A DNA stretch of 63,347 nucleotides, filler included, from Octopus bimaculoides (taxonomy: Eukaryota), in the NCBI RefSeq assembly GCF_001194135.2. It is 6 parts of 5 records of this genome, joined end to end, with 100 filler letters (N's around TTAATTAATTAA, not from the genome) between each part and the next. Parts side by side here need not be neighbours in the genome. Positions count along the whole stretch, not along the records: positions 32,521 to 44,494 come from NC_068987.1; positions 44,595 to 49,710 come from NC_068981.1; 4 more parts are not named here. The stretch is one strand, 5' to 3'. This document shows, in pieces, positions 37,300-48,635 of this stretch (position 1 is its first letter; every line of letters starts with the position of its first letter). A model generated the notes under the pieces. It made no database searches. It worked only from the letters and a program-made list of their open reading frames with translations, and was not told the origin of the DNA. The position numbers were made by a program, and so were the translations under genes.

Positions 37300-38130
37300 C
37301 ATTGCTTGTCATAGCCGACTTGTTTGCAGAATATACTAAACTGGACAAAAATGCTACAGAAACTTATGAAATGTTCCAGATTGTTCATGGATTAATTTGT
37401 ATAGGCTGAGCATCTGTTTTGCACTGGCATAAGAGGTTTAAAGACAGTAAACAGGAGGTGAGAGAGTGACAGAATATCAGAGCTGGTTGAGAAAATTCAA
37501 AATTTTCTGGATGAAGACCATCATGTGTCTAGAAAGACAATAAGCATACAATCTGGAGTTGGTATGACAACTGTACACAGCATTATTCATGAAGATCTGA
37601 ATGTATGCAAAATCTACGCAAAGTTTGTTCCCAGGGTGCTCAATGATGTTGTTGTTGTTGGCACTCCGTCGCTTACGACGATGAGGGTTCCAGTTGATTC
37701 AATCAACGGAACAGCCTGTTCGTGAAATTAATGTGCAAGTGGCTGAGCACTCCACAGACACGTGTACCCTTAACGTAGTTCTCGGGGATATTCAGCGTGA
37801 CACAGTGTGACAAGGCTGACCCTTTGAATTACAGGCACAACAGAAACAGGAAGTAAGAGTGAGAGAAAGTTGTGGTGAAAGAGTACAGCAGGGTTCGCCA
37901 CCATCCCCTGCTGGAACCTCGTGGAGCTTTTAGGTGTTTTTGCTCAATAAACACTCACAACGCCCGGTCTGGGAATCGAAATCGCGATCCTATGACCGAG
38001 AGTCCACTGCCCTAACCACTGGGCCATTGCACCTCCACGCTCAATGATAAACAGAAGGGAAGATGCATTGGTGATAGCAGGGCAATGGTTGAGTTCATTA
38101 CCTTCAGTCCAAGAGCGTTTGAGTCTGGTG
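37300..38130 (+). mobile_element. Mariner transposase relic interrupted by a SINE
   Basis: KLDKNATETYEMFQIVHG...WHKRFKD...LVEKIQNFLDEDHHVSRKTIS...TVHSIIHEDLNVCKIYAKFVPRVLND, then after the SINE KQKGRCIGDSRAMVEFI. Confidence 0.85.
37648..38038 (-). mobile_element. SINE family E, full length, 10-bp TSD
   Basis: Head GGAGGTGCAATGGCCCAGTGGTTAGGG...TTCGATTCCCAG; tail GGAGTGCC(AAC)n; TSD GCTCAATGAT at 37638-37647 and 38039-38048. Confidence 0.9.
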
Positions 38131-38366
38131 AAGAAAGTCTTATGGTGATGGAAGAGTGAGAATGTGTGCAAACCTAACCAGTTGAAAGCTACAACTTTTG
38201 GCTGTCACCTATGCTCCAAACCATGTAAATCTGCAGCAATACTAAATAGTCATTAGTCATCTGAGAGGTCATAGGTGGAAAGCCAGAAATACCAATGACA
38301 AGGAAACATAAAAAGATGGTAATCATCTATGAAGATGGAGCAATCACTATGTGTTTGTGTGTGTGT

Positions 38367-38407
<41 letters not shown>

Positions 38408-38874
38408 GCACATTTGGTAAGACCAAAACATGAGTATATATACTGTTTTAATTTTAATCAGCAGACATTAGAAAATGAGTCATTGGCCAAAATTTGTTAA
38501 GTGCCAAGCACGAAACTCTAAACTCTTAAGTCTAGAGCTGTTGAGGTCATGACAACACCTCTAATGTTGGTACCAAAATAAACTGCATCCAGTACACACT
38601 GTAAAGAAGTTGGTTACAGAAAGAGCTTCTAGTCATAGAAATTAAGCCAAAATGAAACTCAATCAATCTGTCTATCTGTATGCACAGAGAGAGAAATGTG
38701 TGAGAATGTTGTTGTTTCTAATCTAATCCAACAGTTTTGAGGAGGTGGGGATAGATGATGACATCAATCCTAATCTTAGGCTGTCATGTTAGTTTATTGA
38801 GCCCAGAGGTAAGACAAGTAAAGAGGACTTTGGCAGGATCTGAACTATTATTGAAAAGAATTGGAACAAGTAGC

Positions 38875-39050
38875 TTAACCCTTTTGTTACCATATTTTTT
38901 TTTGAGATACTGTGTTTCTTTCAATTAATTTTAAATATAACGAAGAATTTAGTAAAATAACTTAGTTATCATTAGGCTAGTGTTAGGAACATAAATTGTG
39001 ATTAAGGTTTGATGGAAGATTTGAATTCAAAACTTATGAAAACAAGATAT
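38875..39050 (+). mobile_element. piggyBac-type MITE, truncated (second family)
   Basis: Starts TTAA+CCCTTTTGTTACC; right TIR not found. Confidence 0.4.
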
Positions 39051-39380
39051 TGATGGGAGAAGACCTATCTACCTGTTCAGGTATGGTGAAATGGATGTTC
39101 TCTATCACTCCTATCATTTTCTCTTCTATCACACATTCATCTTTTCATTTACCTATCTTCAAACCCAACAAGCATTACATCTTTAGCACTCTAGCCTTTG
39201 TAATTCATGCTTCTAGTGCTCATCTCGAAATCACACTGCTTTTCTCACTCTCATTGTAATATGTAGCCAGTGACACTCAGGATAGCAGAATGTATGTGCT
39301 TGAGATTAAGGATGATAGGGTGTAAGTGTGCAAACATGAACATATAAATGTTGTGAACATCATTATTTTAAACTTTGCAG

Positions 39381-39575
39381 TTCAAATGCAAAAACTGCTT
39401 CAACTTCCGCCTGATATGCTTCGTCAGAAATCAACAAATGTTTTGTTTGCTGATTCCTATATACAGACAGAAGTTTTCAGCTCACACCAGTTGACTGATG
39501 AGTTGTTTGCCACTGAGGAAACAAATAAAATTGAAACATTAGTATCTGAAAGTCTGTTGGCATTATTTGAAACAG
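39381..39575 (+). CDS. Possible isolated coding exon, product unknown
   Basis: Acceptor TTTTAAACTTTGCAG; open frame QMQKLLQLPPDMLRQKSTNVLFADSYIQTEVFSSHQLTDELFATEETNKIETLVSESLLALFET; weak donor ACAG|GTGGTT; no family recognised. Confidence 0.2.
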
Positions 39576-39699
39576 GTGGTTTTAATGCAAAATCTTGAAG
39601 AAGTTCCCCAAGGCTAAATCCCATAATGAATGTTGTTCCACGTTTGTATGTACATAAATGTATTATAAATTATGTACACATTGTTGTTTTGATCTGCTG

Positions 39700-39860
39700 T
39701 TTGAAGTGTAATTTCCATGTTGGCATGGGTTAGATGGGCTATTTTTGACCCCTATATGGTTCAAAGAACTCTAGAGTGCAAGTTTAATTTCTGGCTTGGT
39801 TTCTATCATGGAATTCTTTTCCTAATGCCAACCACTTCACAGAGTGTATTGCACCAGCAA
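39700..39860 (-). mobile_element. RTE-type 3' tail fragment
   Basis: TTTCCATGTTGGCATGGGTTAGATGG...GGTTTCTA...TTCCTAATGCCAACCAC. Confidence 0.55.
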
Positions 39861-40077
39861 TAGCAAGACTATTGTCTTTGATAAATTAAAATGTATTCTC
39901 AGCAGAGCTAACTGTGAGCATTTTATTGTAGTACCAGCACTTGAAATGGATAGGGGTGAGTGACATATAGCAAGAAGATATATGCTGAGAGTGTATGGTG
40001 AATGGTGAAACCAAATAGCCAGTGGGGGGCACAGGTAGAGGGACTGACATATATGAAGGTCTGATGAGGTCCTTTAA

Positions 40078-40297
40078 CCTTTTAGCATTTAAACAGGCCA
40101 TAACCAGCCAAAATATTCTACCTGCTTCATGTTCAAACAGGCCAAATCTCATCTCTCACATTTACCCTACAATATTATTCCAAAATTAAACAACCACATC
40201 ATTGAAATCTCAAAGCTACAAGGTAATGCATAGCTAATTTTTATCACTGTGAACAAATAAGCATTAGATTTGATAGAGAAATCTGAATGCTAAAGGG
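40078..40297. mobile_element. piggyBac-type MITE
   Basis: TTAA|CCTTTTAGCATT ... AATGCTAAAGGG|TCAA: short TIRs and TTAA-type target. Confidence 0.75.
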
Positions 40298-41276
40298 TCA
40301 AGTATTTCAACCGAAGAAGGCAAGAAAGCTAGGGTGATAAAGATAAGAGAAGAAAGAGTGAGATGGCACAGTGGCATACCTGGTTATACTGGAAGCAATG
40401 TATGATAAGCCAGAGGTTTAGTGCTGCCCTTTGTCACATCCGTAACAGTGAAGTGAGAGTGAGAAAAAGTGATTTAGACATAAACAATGGGGACACAAGT
40501 GCTAGAGGGATCAGTGATAAAGACAGGTGAGCGATAAGAGAGAAGTGTGATAAGAAAGGCGATAGATAGATGTGTTAGAAGGATAAGAGGCTATCCACAT
40601 GCAAATGTTCATACATACACACGTATATATATGTATGTATGTATACCTAAGGATATAGAATCATCTATCTGTCTACACACACACAGAAACGCATATATTT
40701 ACACATATTTTAACATCTGTTTTCACCATACTTCAACAAGCAAAGAAATGTTCTGCACAGGAGACTGAAGTGAAGAGAAAGTGTATGGTTCGATCAGTAC
40801 AACCGGTGGTGGTGGTGGGGATGAGAGATAGAGGACAGTGAATGATGATATGATTATGCATAGGGGAGCGGAAACAATAGGTAGATGTGAGGAGGGGTGA
40901 GGCTACGAGGTGAGGGGGCAGCGAAGGTAAGTTTAGCAGGGTACAAAAATAAATATCACAGCTTTTAAGTACTACCCTTGTATCGAGGTACGTTTTGTCA
41001 TGGGTAGACGGGTCGCTTGTAGCAATACATATTATTAATCAGTAGACTTTTGTCATCACTCACTCTTTCTCTCACACACAAACACACGCATATATATATG
41101 ACAATCTTTCGGTAATATAAGACAACGTTATTCATCCACGCAACGTTTCCTCATGAAAGATAAAAGAAGCTAGACTGATAAAGAGGGGGAATGACGTCAT
41201 CTACTAATACCGAAAGACCGCGTGTAGTGTGCGTGTGTATGTATATATATATATATATATGAGAGAGAGATTCTCG

Positions 41277-41473
41277 GGTACTACTAAAGCAGCGCGTCCG
41301 CGCTAGCTAGTCGTGAGTGGTCGATTCTAACCCTAACCCTAACCCTGTCCCTAACCCGCGTGTGCAAATGAATACGTGTTTAGGGTTAGGGTTAGGGTTA
41401 GGATCGACCACTCACGACTAGCTAGCGTGGACGCGCGACAGCGCGTTCGGGACCGTGCTGCTTTAGTAGTACC
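41277..41473. mobile_element. Fold-back MITE with inverted telomere-type repeats and 8-bp TSD (Merlin-like)
   Basis: TIR GGTACTACTAAAGCAGC / GCTGCTTTAGTAGTACC; TSD GATTCTCG at 41269-41276 and 41474-41481; inner 55-bp arms with two mismatches carry (CCCTAA)3 and (TTAGGG)3. Confidence 0.85.
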
Positions 41474-42659
41474 GATTCTCGTGTATATATGATTTAAAGG
41501 AAAAGTATCTAATTAACAAAAGCAAACAATATGAAAATAGAAGGAAAAAACAAAACAAAAAGGAAACGTATATAAACAATGAAAGTAGAGGAATGTACAA
41601 TCAATCAATCAATCAATCTACCTATCGGTACGCATGAAGTGAGAAATTTTTTTGAGTGTAATTATCTCCAATCTAATCCAAGTTTTGAGGGGAGGGGATA
41701 TACGATGACAAGACCCAAATCTTTGATTGTTACGTTAGTTTACTGGCATTCCCGAACATGTGCTTCCCCACCATCCGACTTTGCAACCTCATAACTTCCA
41801 GAGAAATGGATGTAGATAATTTTTAATGAAATTTTCAACAAATACGCTTCTGGTGGAGTACATTCCTATTACATCGGAATTTGTTGTGAGAAACTTTTTT
41901 CTGTGGGCGGGAAAGGGGAGCTTTGGAAAATTCACACGAATCAGCTTTGTTTCCTCATAACTATCAGAAAAATGGGTGTTTTGATGAATTTTTTTGACAA
42001 ATACTATCAAAGTGTGTAAATTATATCGGAATATGATGTGAAAAGAAAAATAGTGAGACACACACATCACAATATTTTTCGAAATTTCAAGTTTCAATTT
42101 GTAGATATATGTACTGTGTATTAGTATATTTGTATACGAGCCCACCAGTTTATTTTTCATCTCCGTATTTCTCTACATATTTCACTAAAAAAATTCTGAA
42201 AAAAGTGAAAATTGAAGAATTTGGGGTGGGGTGGGGTTAAATAAAAAAATAAAAAAATTTTTTTTTTTTTTTCCAGAATCAGGTTCTCCGTACTCGAAAA
42301 TGGGGGTTTCTGTAATAAAAACAAAAAAACAAAGAGGGTGCGATCCATTCTTTTACGTCTGTCAAATGCTAGTTTTACTGAGCCCGCTTGTAAGACAAAT
42401 ACAGAGAACTAGGAATGAAAAGAACATGTAACTCAGGGTTTTTTCTTTTTTCCTTTCTTTTTCGACATTTTAACGATTCTCCCAGTTCAAAAATTGTCAC
42501 CCAGAAAATACACACCCTCCGAAAAGATAAGTACTCTTATCATTAGATTAAAGGGAAAAAAATCTTTTGTTTTGTTTTAATCGGACGAACACACACACAC
42601 ACACACAATATCGATACATTTTTTTTTCTTTTGTAAATCAATTAATTACAGATAAAGAT

Positions 42660-42888
42660 CATTAATCACCGGAGTGTTTACAATATCAGAGGAACACGAT
42701 TATCAACAATACAATATATATACGAATGAATTCATGTGTAAATAATAACGACTTGCCTCTCCGAAATGGAAAGCTGATATGATGATTAAGACGAAGCCGA
42801 AGAAGAACAACGTTGTACCATATTTATAAGAGAGGATCGTGTAGGCTTGTCGCTGGATGAACTTGCAGAAAGTTCTCATTTTTGTCAA
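42660..42888 (+). other. Possible first exon in a CpG-enriched region, with a BTB-like peptide lacking an in-frame start
   Basis: Strong donor CAA|GTAAGC at 42889; 42790-42888 reads DEAEEEQRCTIFIREDRVGLSLDELAESSHFCQ; upstream in-frame TGA and TAA. Confidence 0.25.
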
Positions 42889-43559
42889 GTAAGCGTTGTA
42901 GTTTTTCTCAAGAAACATGAAACAAGTTGTGCGAGAACACCCCTCCAGGTACTTCTAAATCCATAATTGTCTTCAAAACGTGGCGCTGTTTTCCGAGATA
43001 TGGATTGTTTGAGTCACATGATAAGAATTTAACTTCCGTCGTGTGCAAAACCGGACTTAAAACGGTGATCAATTAAAAAGCTTACTGCTTTAAATTATTA
43101 CCATCCAATAAACGTGAGCATGTAAAGGTGTGTTTCTTTTGGTATGTAGGCGTGTCTAGAAGGATTTACGTGTTTAACTAAGTGTGTGTATATATGTCTA
43201 TGCGCACGCGCGCATGTGTATAGATAAAGGTATGTGCAAAATTATAGCCTTTCTGCTTTTTACTAGCCTATATGTGTGTGTGTGTGGGGGGGGGGGGGGG
43301 TACGTGTATGGCTGCGTATTATGTATGTATGTATATCCCTATTTATTTACCTTCCTCTCTCTCTCTCTCTCACACACATATATATATATATATACAGAGA
43401 GAGAGAGAGATATCCATCCACCCAGATAGATAGATAGATAGATCCATCCATTCATACATATCAGTATTGCCAACTTAAAATCAAAATTTTATGCTAAATT
43501 TTAGTAGAAAAAATACCCCCCCCCAAAAAAAAAATGTGAATGTAATTTATGTATGTTAA

Positions 43560-44008
43560 CAAATTAGCACGGATATCACTCCAAAAGCACAGCCATGGTC
43601 ACAACCATGGCTGTGCTTTTGTGAACTTATTTTTCCCGAGACACCCCCGGATAGTGGTAAAAATAGCTTTTCAACCATAACTTTTACATCAGTGAAATCC
43701 ATAAGTTCCTAACATGAGTTAAGTCCTCTGTCTTATAGATTAATTCACCTTACTACAATGCCTCCGAAAAAATTAGATTTGCACTACCTAAGCAATCTCG
43801 GCGTAGGAAAAGAAAAAGAGCTGAAGAGACTGACTATGAGCAGACTCATTAGTAAAATATAACTTTTGGGGCCGAAATATGGCTATAAAAGCTTGCGGAT
43901 ATGCCGCTAGAAAACATTTAATAATATCAAAGCAGTAACTTTCATAAATCAGGGTATAATTTTTGAAGACTTATTCTGAACCCAGTCAACGACGGGTATT
44001 TCTGCTAG
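43560..44008 (+). mobile_element. Non-autonomous Helitron-type element (candidate)
   Basis: 3' end ACCCAGTCAACGACGGGT hairpin followed by TTTCTGCTAG (CTAG terminus); perfect 17-bp hairpin at 43583-43620 near the presumed 5' end. Confidence 0.5.
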
Positions 44009-44232
44009 CCACAACTACAACCGCTAGTGGCACACCTATTTGAGCACTCAGAACATATATCTATTAATGTGATTCATCCTGACCTAAACTGAATTCTTCA
44101 TATCTTCTGTATAAATATATATATAAATTCTGTATATACACACATATATATATATATCTAAATATTCTTAGAGGAAAGTGGGTTATACATCTTTAGATTG
44201 TATACCTGACTTCCTACTATAAACTTAAAGAA

Positions 44233-44494
44233 TATAACGGAACGCTGAACTCCAGACTAAACAACTTAAACAACATTTATTCAGGTGGTAAACATATAAA
44301 CACATCTTTAGTTCTTGTTGTTACAGCTACTGTGTGTATGAGCATAGTTGTTGGGACGTTGTTCTGTAGTTGTGAGCGAGCTGTCGAGTGTAAGTCCGAA
44401 AGATGTAGAGAGACAGCTTAAACACACGTCCATGCTCAATCGCTGGCCAGCGAGAAAGAGAATGAATTGAGCGGGAAAGTTTGGTTGTTTTATT
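44233..44494 (-). mobile_element. LTR fragment (candidate), truncated by join
   Basis: Minus strand ends AATAAATGTTGTTT...GGAGTTCAGCGTTCCGTTATA (polyA signal plus a near TAACA-type terminus); second terminus not visible. Confidence 0.35.
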
Positions 44495-44603
44495 NNNNNN
44501 NNNNNNNNNNNNNNNNNNNNNNNNNNNNNNNNNNNNNNTTAATTAATTAANNNNNNNNNNNNNNNNNNNNNNNNNNNNNNNNNNNNNNNNNNNNATATAT
44601 ATA

Positions 44604-44772
44604 TACGACGGGCTTCTTTCAGTTTCCGTCTACCAAATCCACTCACAAGGCTTTGGTCGGCACGAGGCTATAGTAGAAGACAACTTGCCCAAGGTGCCAC
44701 GCAGTGGGACTGAACCCGGAACCATGTGGTTGGTAAGCAAGCTACTTACCACACAGCCACTCCTGCGCCTAC
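44604..44772 (-). mobile_element. SINE family B 5' half
   Basis: Near-consensus reverse-complement head. Confidence 0.9.
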
Positions 44773-45356
44773 ATGTATATGTATGTATGTCTATATGGAT
44801 TGATCGATAGATCGATGGATTGATGGATCTGATTTCATTCCATTGCTCTTCACCGTTTCTTTTTAGCTGCGATACTTCAGGCTGCAAAATGATCACATTA
44901 CTTTCCGTTTGAATGATCACTAAAGAGCGAAAAACTCTGATCAGTGACACAGTTAATCATCCGATTGGAATGCACAAATACAGGCTTTTTCGTGTATAAA
45001 CTATTCTTTCTATCGTTTGCACATCAAAAATTTTTAAAAAATAAAGGTATAGAGATAATATTATTACTTTATGATCCCGTCAATGTCATTTTTTATCTAT
45101 AATTTCATTTTCTAGTTTCTGTTTTTCCATTTTTATTCTTTATATCTTATTGTATTCTTTTGATAGAGGATAGGATATTTTTGCGTGATGCAATTTTGAG
45201 GTATAATGCTTCAAACACTGTATGTAAACTTAGAAAGAAAAACACTTTTTTTATAGCTAGAAAACTCTCAACGTTGACCTATAAATCAACTAAATACGCT
45301 TTCATATAAGTAACGATTAGATTTTTAATTACATATCTACTAATACATCTTGATTG

Positions 45357-45393
<37 letters not shown>

Positions 45394-45655
45394 TTTTACA
45401 CTTCTCTCGTCGCACATTTAAACAGTAATTCATATTCGCCATTGATACTTCGAACTGAAGGTAATCTATATTATACACTCTTACTGCATTATTTTCGACT
45501 TTTTTATATCACGTTATAACGATTTCCTTTTCGTTTTCGTATTTGGTTCGCAAGATTATTTGTGTGAATTCGTGTGTTGAAACAAATTTTGTAGTGTCTA
45601 GGGATAGTCATTATGCAAATATCAATAACACACGCACTGGTCATTTCCTGTCTCA

Positions 45656-45725
<70 letters not shown>

Positions 45726-46440
45726 NNNNNNNNNNNNNNNNNNNNNNNNNNNNNNNNNNNNNNNNNNNNNNNNNNNNNNNNNNNNNNNNNNNNNNNNNNN
45801 NNNNNNNNNNNNNNNNNNNNNNNNNNNNNNNNNNNNNNNNNNNNNNNNNNNNNNNNNNNNNNNNNNNNNNNNNNNNNNNNNNNNNNNNNNNNNNNNNNNN
45901 NNNNNNNNNNNNNNNNNNNNNNNNNNNNNNNNNNNNNNNNNNNNNNNNNNNNNNNNNNNNNNNNNNNNNNNNNNNNNNNNNNNNNNNNNNNNNNNNNNNN
46001 NNNNNNNNNNNNNNNNNNNNNNNNNNNNNNNNNNNNNNNNNNNNNNNNNNNNNNNNNNNNNNNNATATATATAATACAAATAATAAATGAGTATATGCAT
46101 ATATACGTACATGTATGTGCATACCTACATCTACCTGTATATATAGATGCATATCTGGGTACAGGATGTTGCAAACAAAACGTAGACAAAAAAAATAATA
46201 ACCAGAGTACAGAAAACACACAGGCCACATAGAGAACATTTCCTTCATCAGCTGCCACCATTCTAACACTGGCGTTTCGAGGAGTTATATATATATATAT
46301 ATATAAGAAGTTGACCAGTGCGTGTGTTATTGATATTGGTGTAATGACTCTCCTAGACACAATTAGGCTTTCTTTTTCTGAGTTCTATTTTTGATTTTAT
46401 ACTTTACAGAATTATTATGGCGTATTATATCTTGTATCTA

Positions 46441-46790
46441 TCTTTTATCTTTTACTTGTTTTCGTCATTAGACTGCGGCCACGCTGGGGCACCGTGTTGA
46501 GTAATTTTAGTCGAATGAATCGACCCTAGTACTTATTCTTTTTCAAAATCTGGTACTTATTCTATCGCTTTTGCCGAATCGTTATGTTACGGGGACGTAA
46601 ACACACCAACACCGGTTGTCAAGCGGTGGTAGAGGACTTTTTACGTCCGCGTAACTTAGCACTTCGGCAGAAGAGACCGATAGAATAAGGGCCAGACTCT
46701 TAAAAAAAAAAGTAAGTACTGATTCGATTGGTTCCATTAAAAGCCTGTCAAGGCAATGCTCCAGCATAGCCGCAATCTATTGACTGATAA
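46441..46790. mobile_element. Two SINE family B 3' halves, head-to-head inverted
   Basis: 46441-46632 is a minus-strand 3' half; 46633-46790 is a plus-strand 3' half. Confidence 0.8.
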
Positions 46791-46872
46791 TTATTAAAAT
46801 TTTGAAATTATCTTAGGAGTTTGAATCCTAGGTTTATCTTTTCACCATGTTTGCCCTTTTTTTTTCCTGCAG

Positions 46873-46927
46873 GTGATCCACATCAAGGTTTTGTATGAAG
46901 GGGATTGATGCATGCACAGATTCCAAG
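46873..46927 (+). other. Candidate 55-nt spliced exon, stops in all three frames (non-coding or pseudo-exon)
   Basis: Acceptor TTTTTTTTTCCTGCAG, donor AAG|GTAGGT; frame 0 reads VIHIKVLYEGD*. Confidence 0.3.
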
Positions 46928-47028
46928 GTAGGTGTTTCGAATTTCATAGATAACATATATAGAATTCTATTGTATCTGTTGAGACCATCAGGGTTGACTG
47001 CTATTTCCATGTAACCTATACGGACGTT

Positions 47029-47288
47029 GGAGGCGCGTGGTTTAGTGGTTAGGGTACTGGACTCATGATCGTAAGAGTGTGGTTTCAATTCCTGGACCAG
47101 GCAATGCGTTGTGCTCTTGAACAAAACACTTCATTTCACGTTACTCCAGTCCACTCAGCTGGTAAAAATGAATAATCCTGTGACGGGCCGGCGTCCGGTC
47201 CAGGCGGGGTATTTATACGCCATGGAAACTGGGAAACCGACCCTTATGAGTCAGCATGAACTCGAGAAGGTAACTTTACCTACCTACT
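47029..47288 (+). mobile_element. SINE family C (tRNA head, V-SINE-like central segment)
   Basis: GGAGGCGCGTGGTTTAGTGGTTAGGG...GGTTTCAATTCC; CCTGTGACGGGCCGGCGTCCGGTCCAGG; tail AACTTTACCTACC. Confidence 0.8.
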
Positions 47289-48573
47289 TCACTATACAGA
47301 CGTGGTAAATATAGCAGTCAACTCTCCCTCAAATCTTCAAAATGAAAAACAAACGAAAAGAAAAAAAAGAAGAGCTATATATACACACATACATATACAT
47401 ATACATATATATATGTATATATATATATGTGTGTATATATATGTATATTTATATATATATATATNNNNNNNNNNNNNNNNNNNNNNNNNNNNNNNNNNNN
47501 NNNNNNNNNNNNNNNNNNNNNNNNNNNNNNNNNNNNNNNNNNNNNNNNNNNNNNNNNNNNNNNNNNNNNNNNNNNNNNNNNNNNNNNNNNNNNNNNNNNN
47601 NNNNNNNNNNNNNNNNNNNNNNNNNNNNNNNNNNNNNNNNNNNNNNNNNNNNNNNNNNNNNNNNNNNNNNNNNNNNNNNNNNNNNNNNNNNNNNNNNNNN
47701 NNNNNNNNNNNNNNNNNNNNNNNNNNNNNNNNNNNNNNNNNNNNNNNNNNNNNNNNNNNNNNNNNNNNNNNNNNNNNNNNNNNNNNNNNNNNNNNNNNNN
47801 NNNNNNNNNNNNNNNNNNNNNNNNNNNNNNNNNNNNNNNNGTGTGCGTGTGTGTGTTTGTGTGTGTGTGTGTGTGGTCTTTTTCTTGATTGCATGTTAAT
47901 TCCAGAAAACCGTTGATTCCTTGAGATCATCTTTTCACATTGAGAATCGGTAACAATTGTTACCACGCATTTGTTTAACTTCTCTCAAAGTGAAAATACT
48001 TTCGGTAAATCGAGCACTTAACGTGGATGGTATTTGATAAACGTTTCTATGCTTTTATTGTCTAAATGTATATCATTCGTCACGCGATATTATTTTCTTT
48101 CATACTATTTATCCAAATTACCCGAGGCCATATATATTTCCTACTCCATACTTCTTTTCCATAAGTATGGCCAAGCCTTCGAAACTATGTTCATTGAGAT
48201 AGAAACATGTGTTCACAAGTGGCGTATTTGTTTTTCGTTTCTCCTGTCAAAAAAAAAAAACAGAAAAAAAAACAATTCTCTTTTGCTTAATGTTGTGTCA
48301 GTTCCGTAAAATACTTCATTACCTCTTGTATTTTTATTTGTAGCCCACATTTATTCGTAGTCACTGGCCACTCTGAGTTTTTACTCTCTACTCATTTACA
48401 TCCCCGCCTTCTTTTCACACACATGCATATATGGAAAAGTCGAAATTGTGATGATTTCTGGTCGATAGTAGTTGAGAAACGGAGTGTGTCCACGTCTATT
48501 GTGTGTCTTTTTCCTGTTTACTATACGTTCCTTTGTCGTCCCTCTATGCTACATTTCTTCATATATTGTATAT

Positions 48574-48605
<32 letters not shown>

Positions 48606-48635
48606 NNNNNNNNNNNNNNNNNNNNNNNNNNNNNN

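Larger units (their letters stand above)
44800..48570 (+). pseudogene. Possible decayed LRR/TLR-like locus I (LRR to TM), heavily interrupted
   Basis: LQTLYV..., KTLNVDL*IN*I (~45.2 kb); LTSLKVKILSVNRAL (~47.97 kb); CDDFWSIVV...SIVCLFPVYY...LHFFIY (~48.45-48.57 kb). Confidence 0.25.

Noticed and set aside
41330-41400. True telomere or chromosome-fusion site
   Set aside because: Only three units per side, embedded in TIRs with an 8-bp TSD; better explained as a MITE.
46228-46285. Type-II hammerhead (GAAA upstream of CTGATGA, minus strand)
   Set aside because: Stem I does not pair and the cleavage triplet is not NUH-compatible in a sensible fold.
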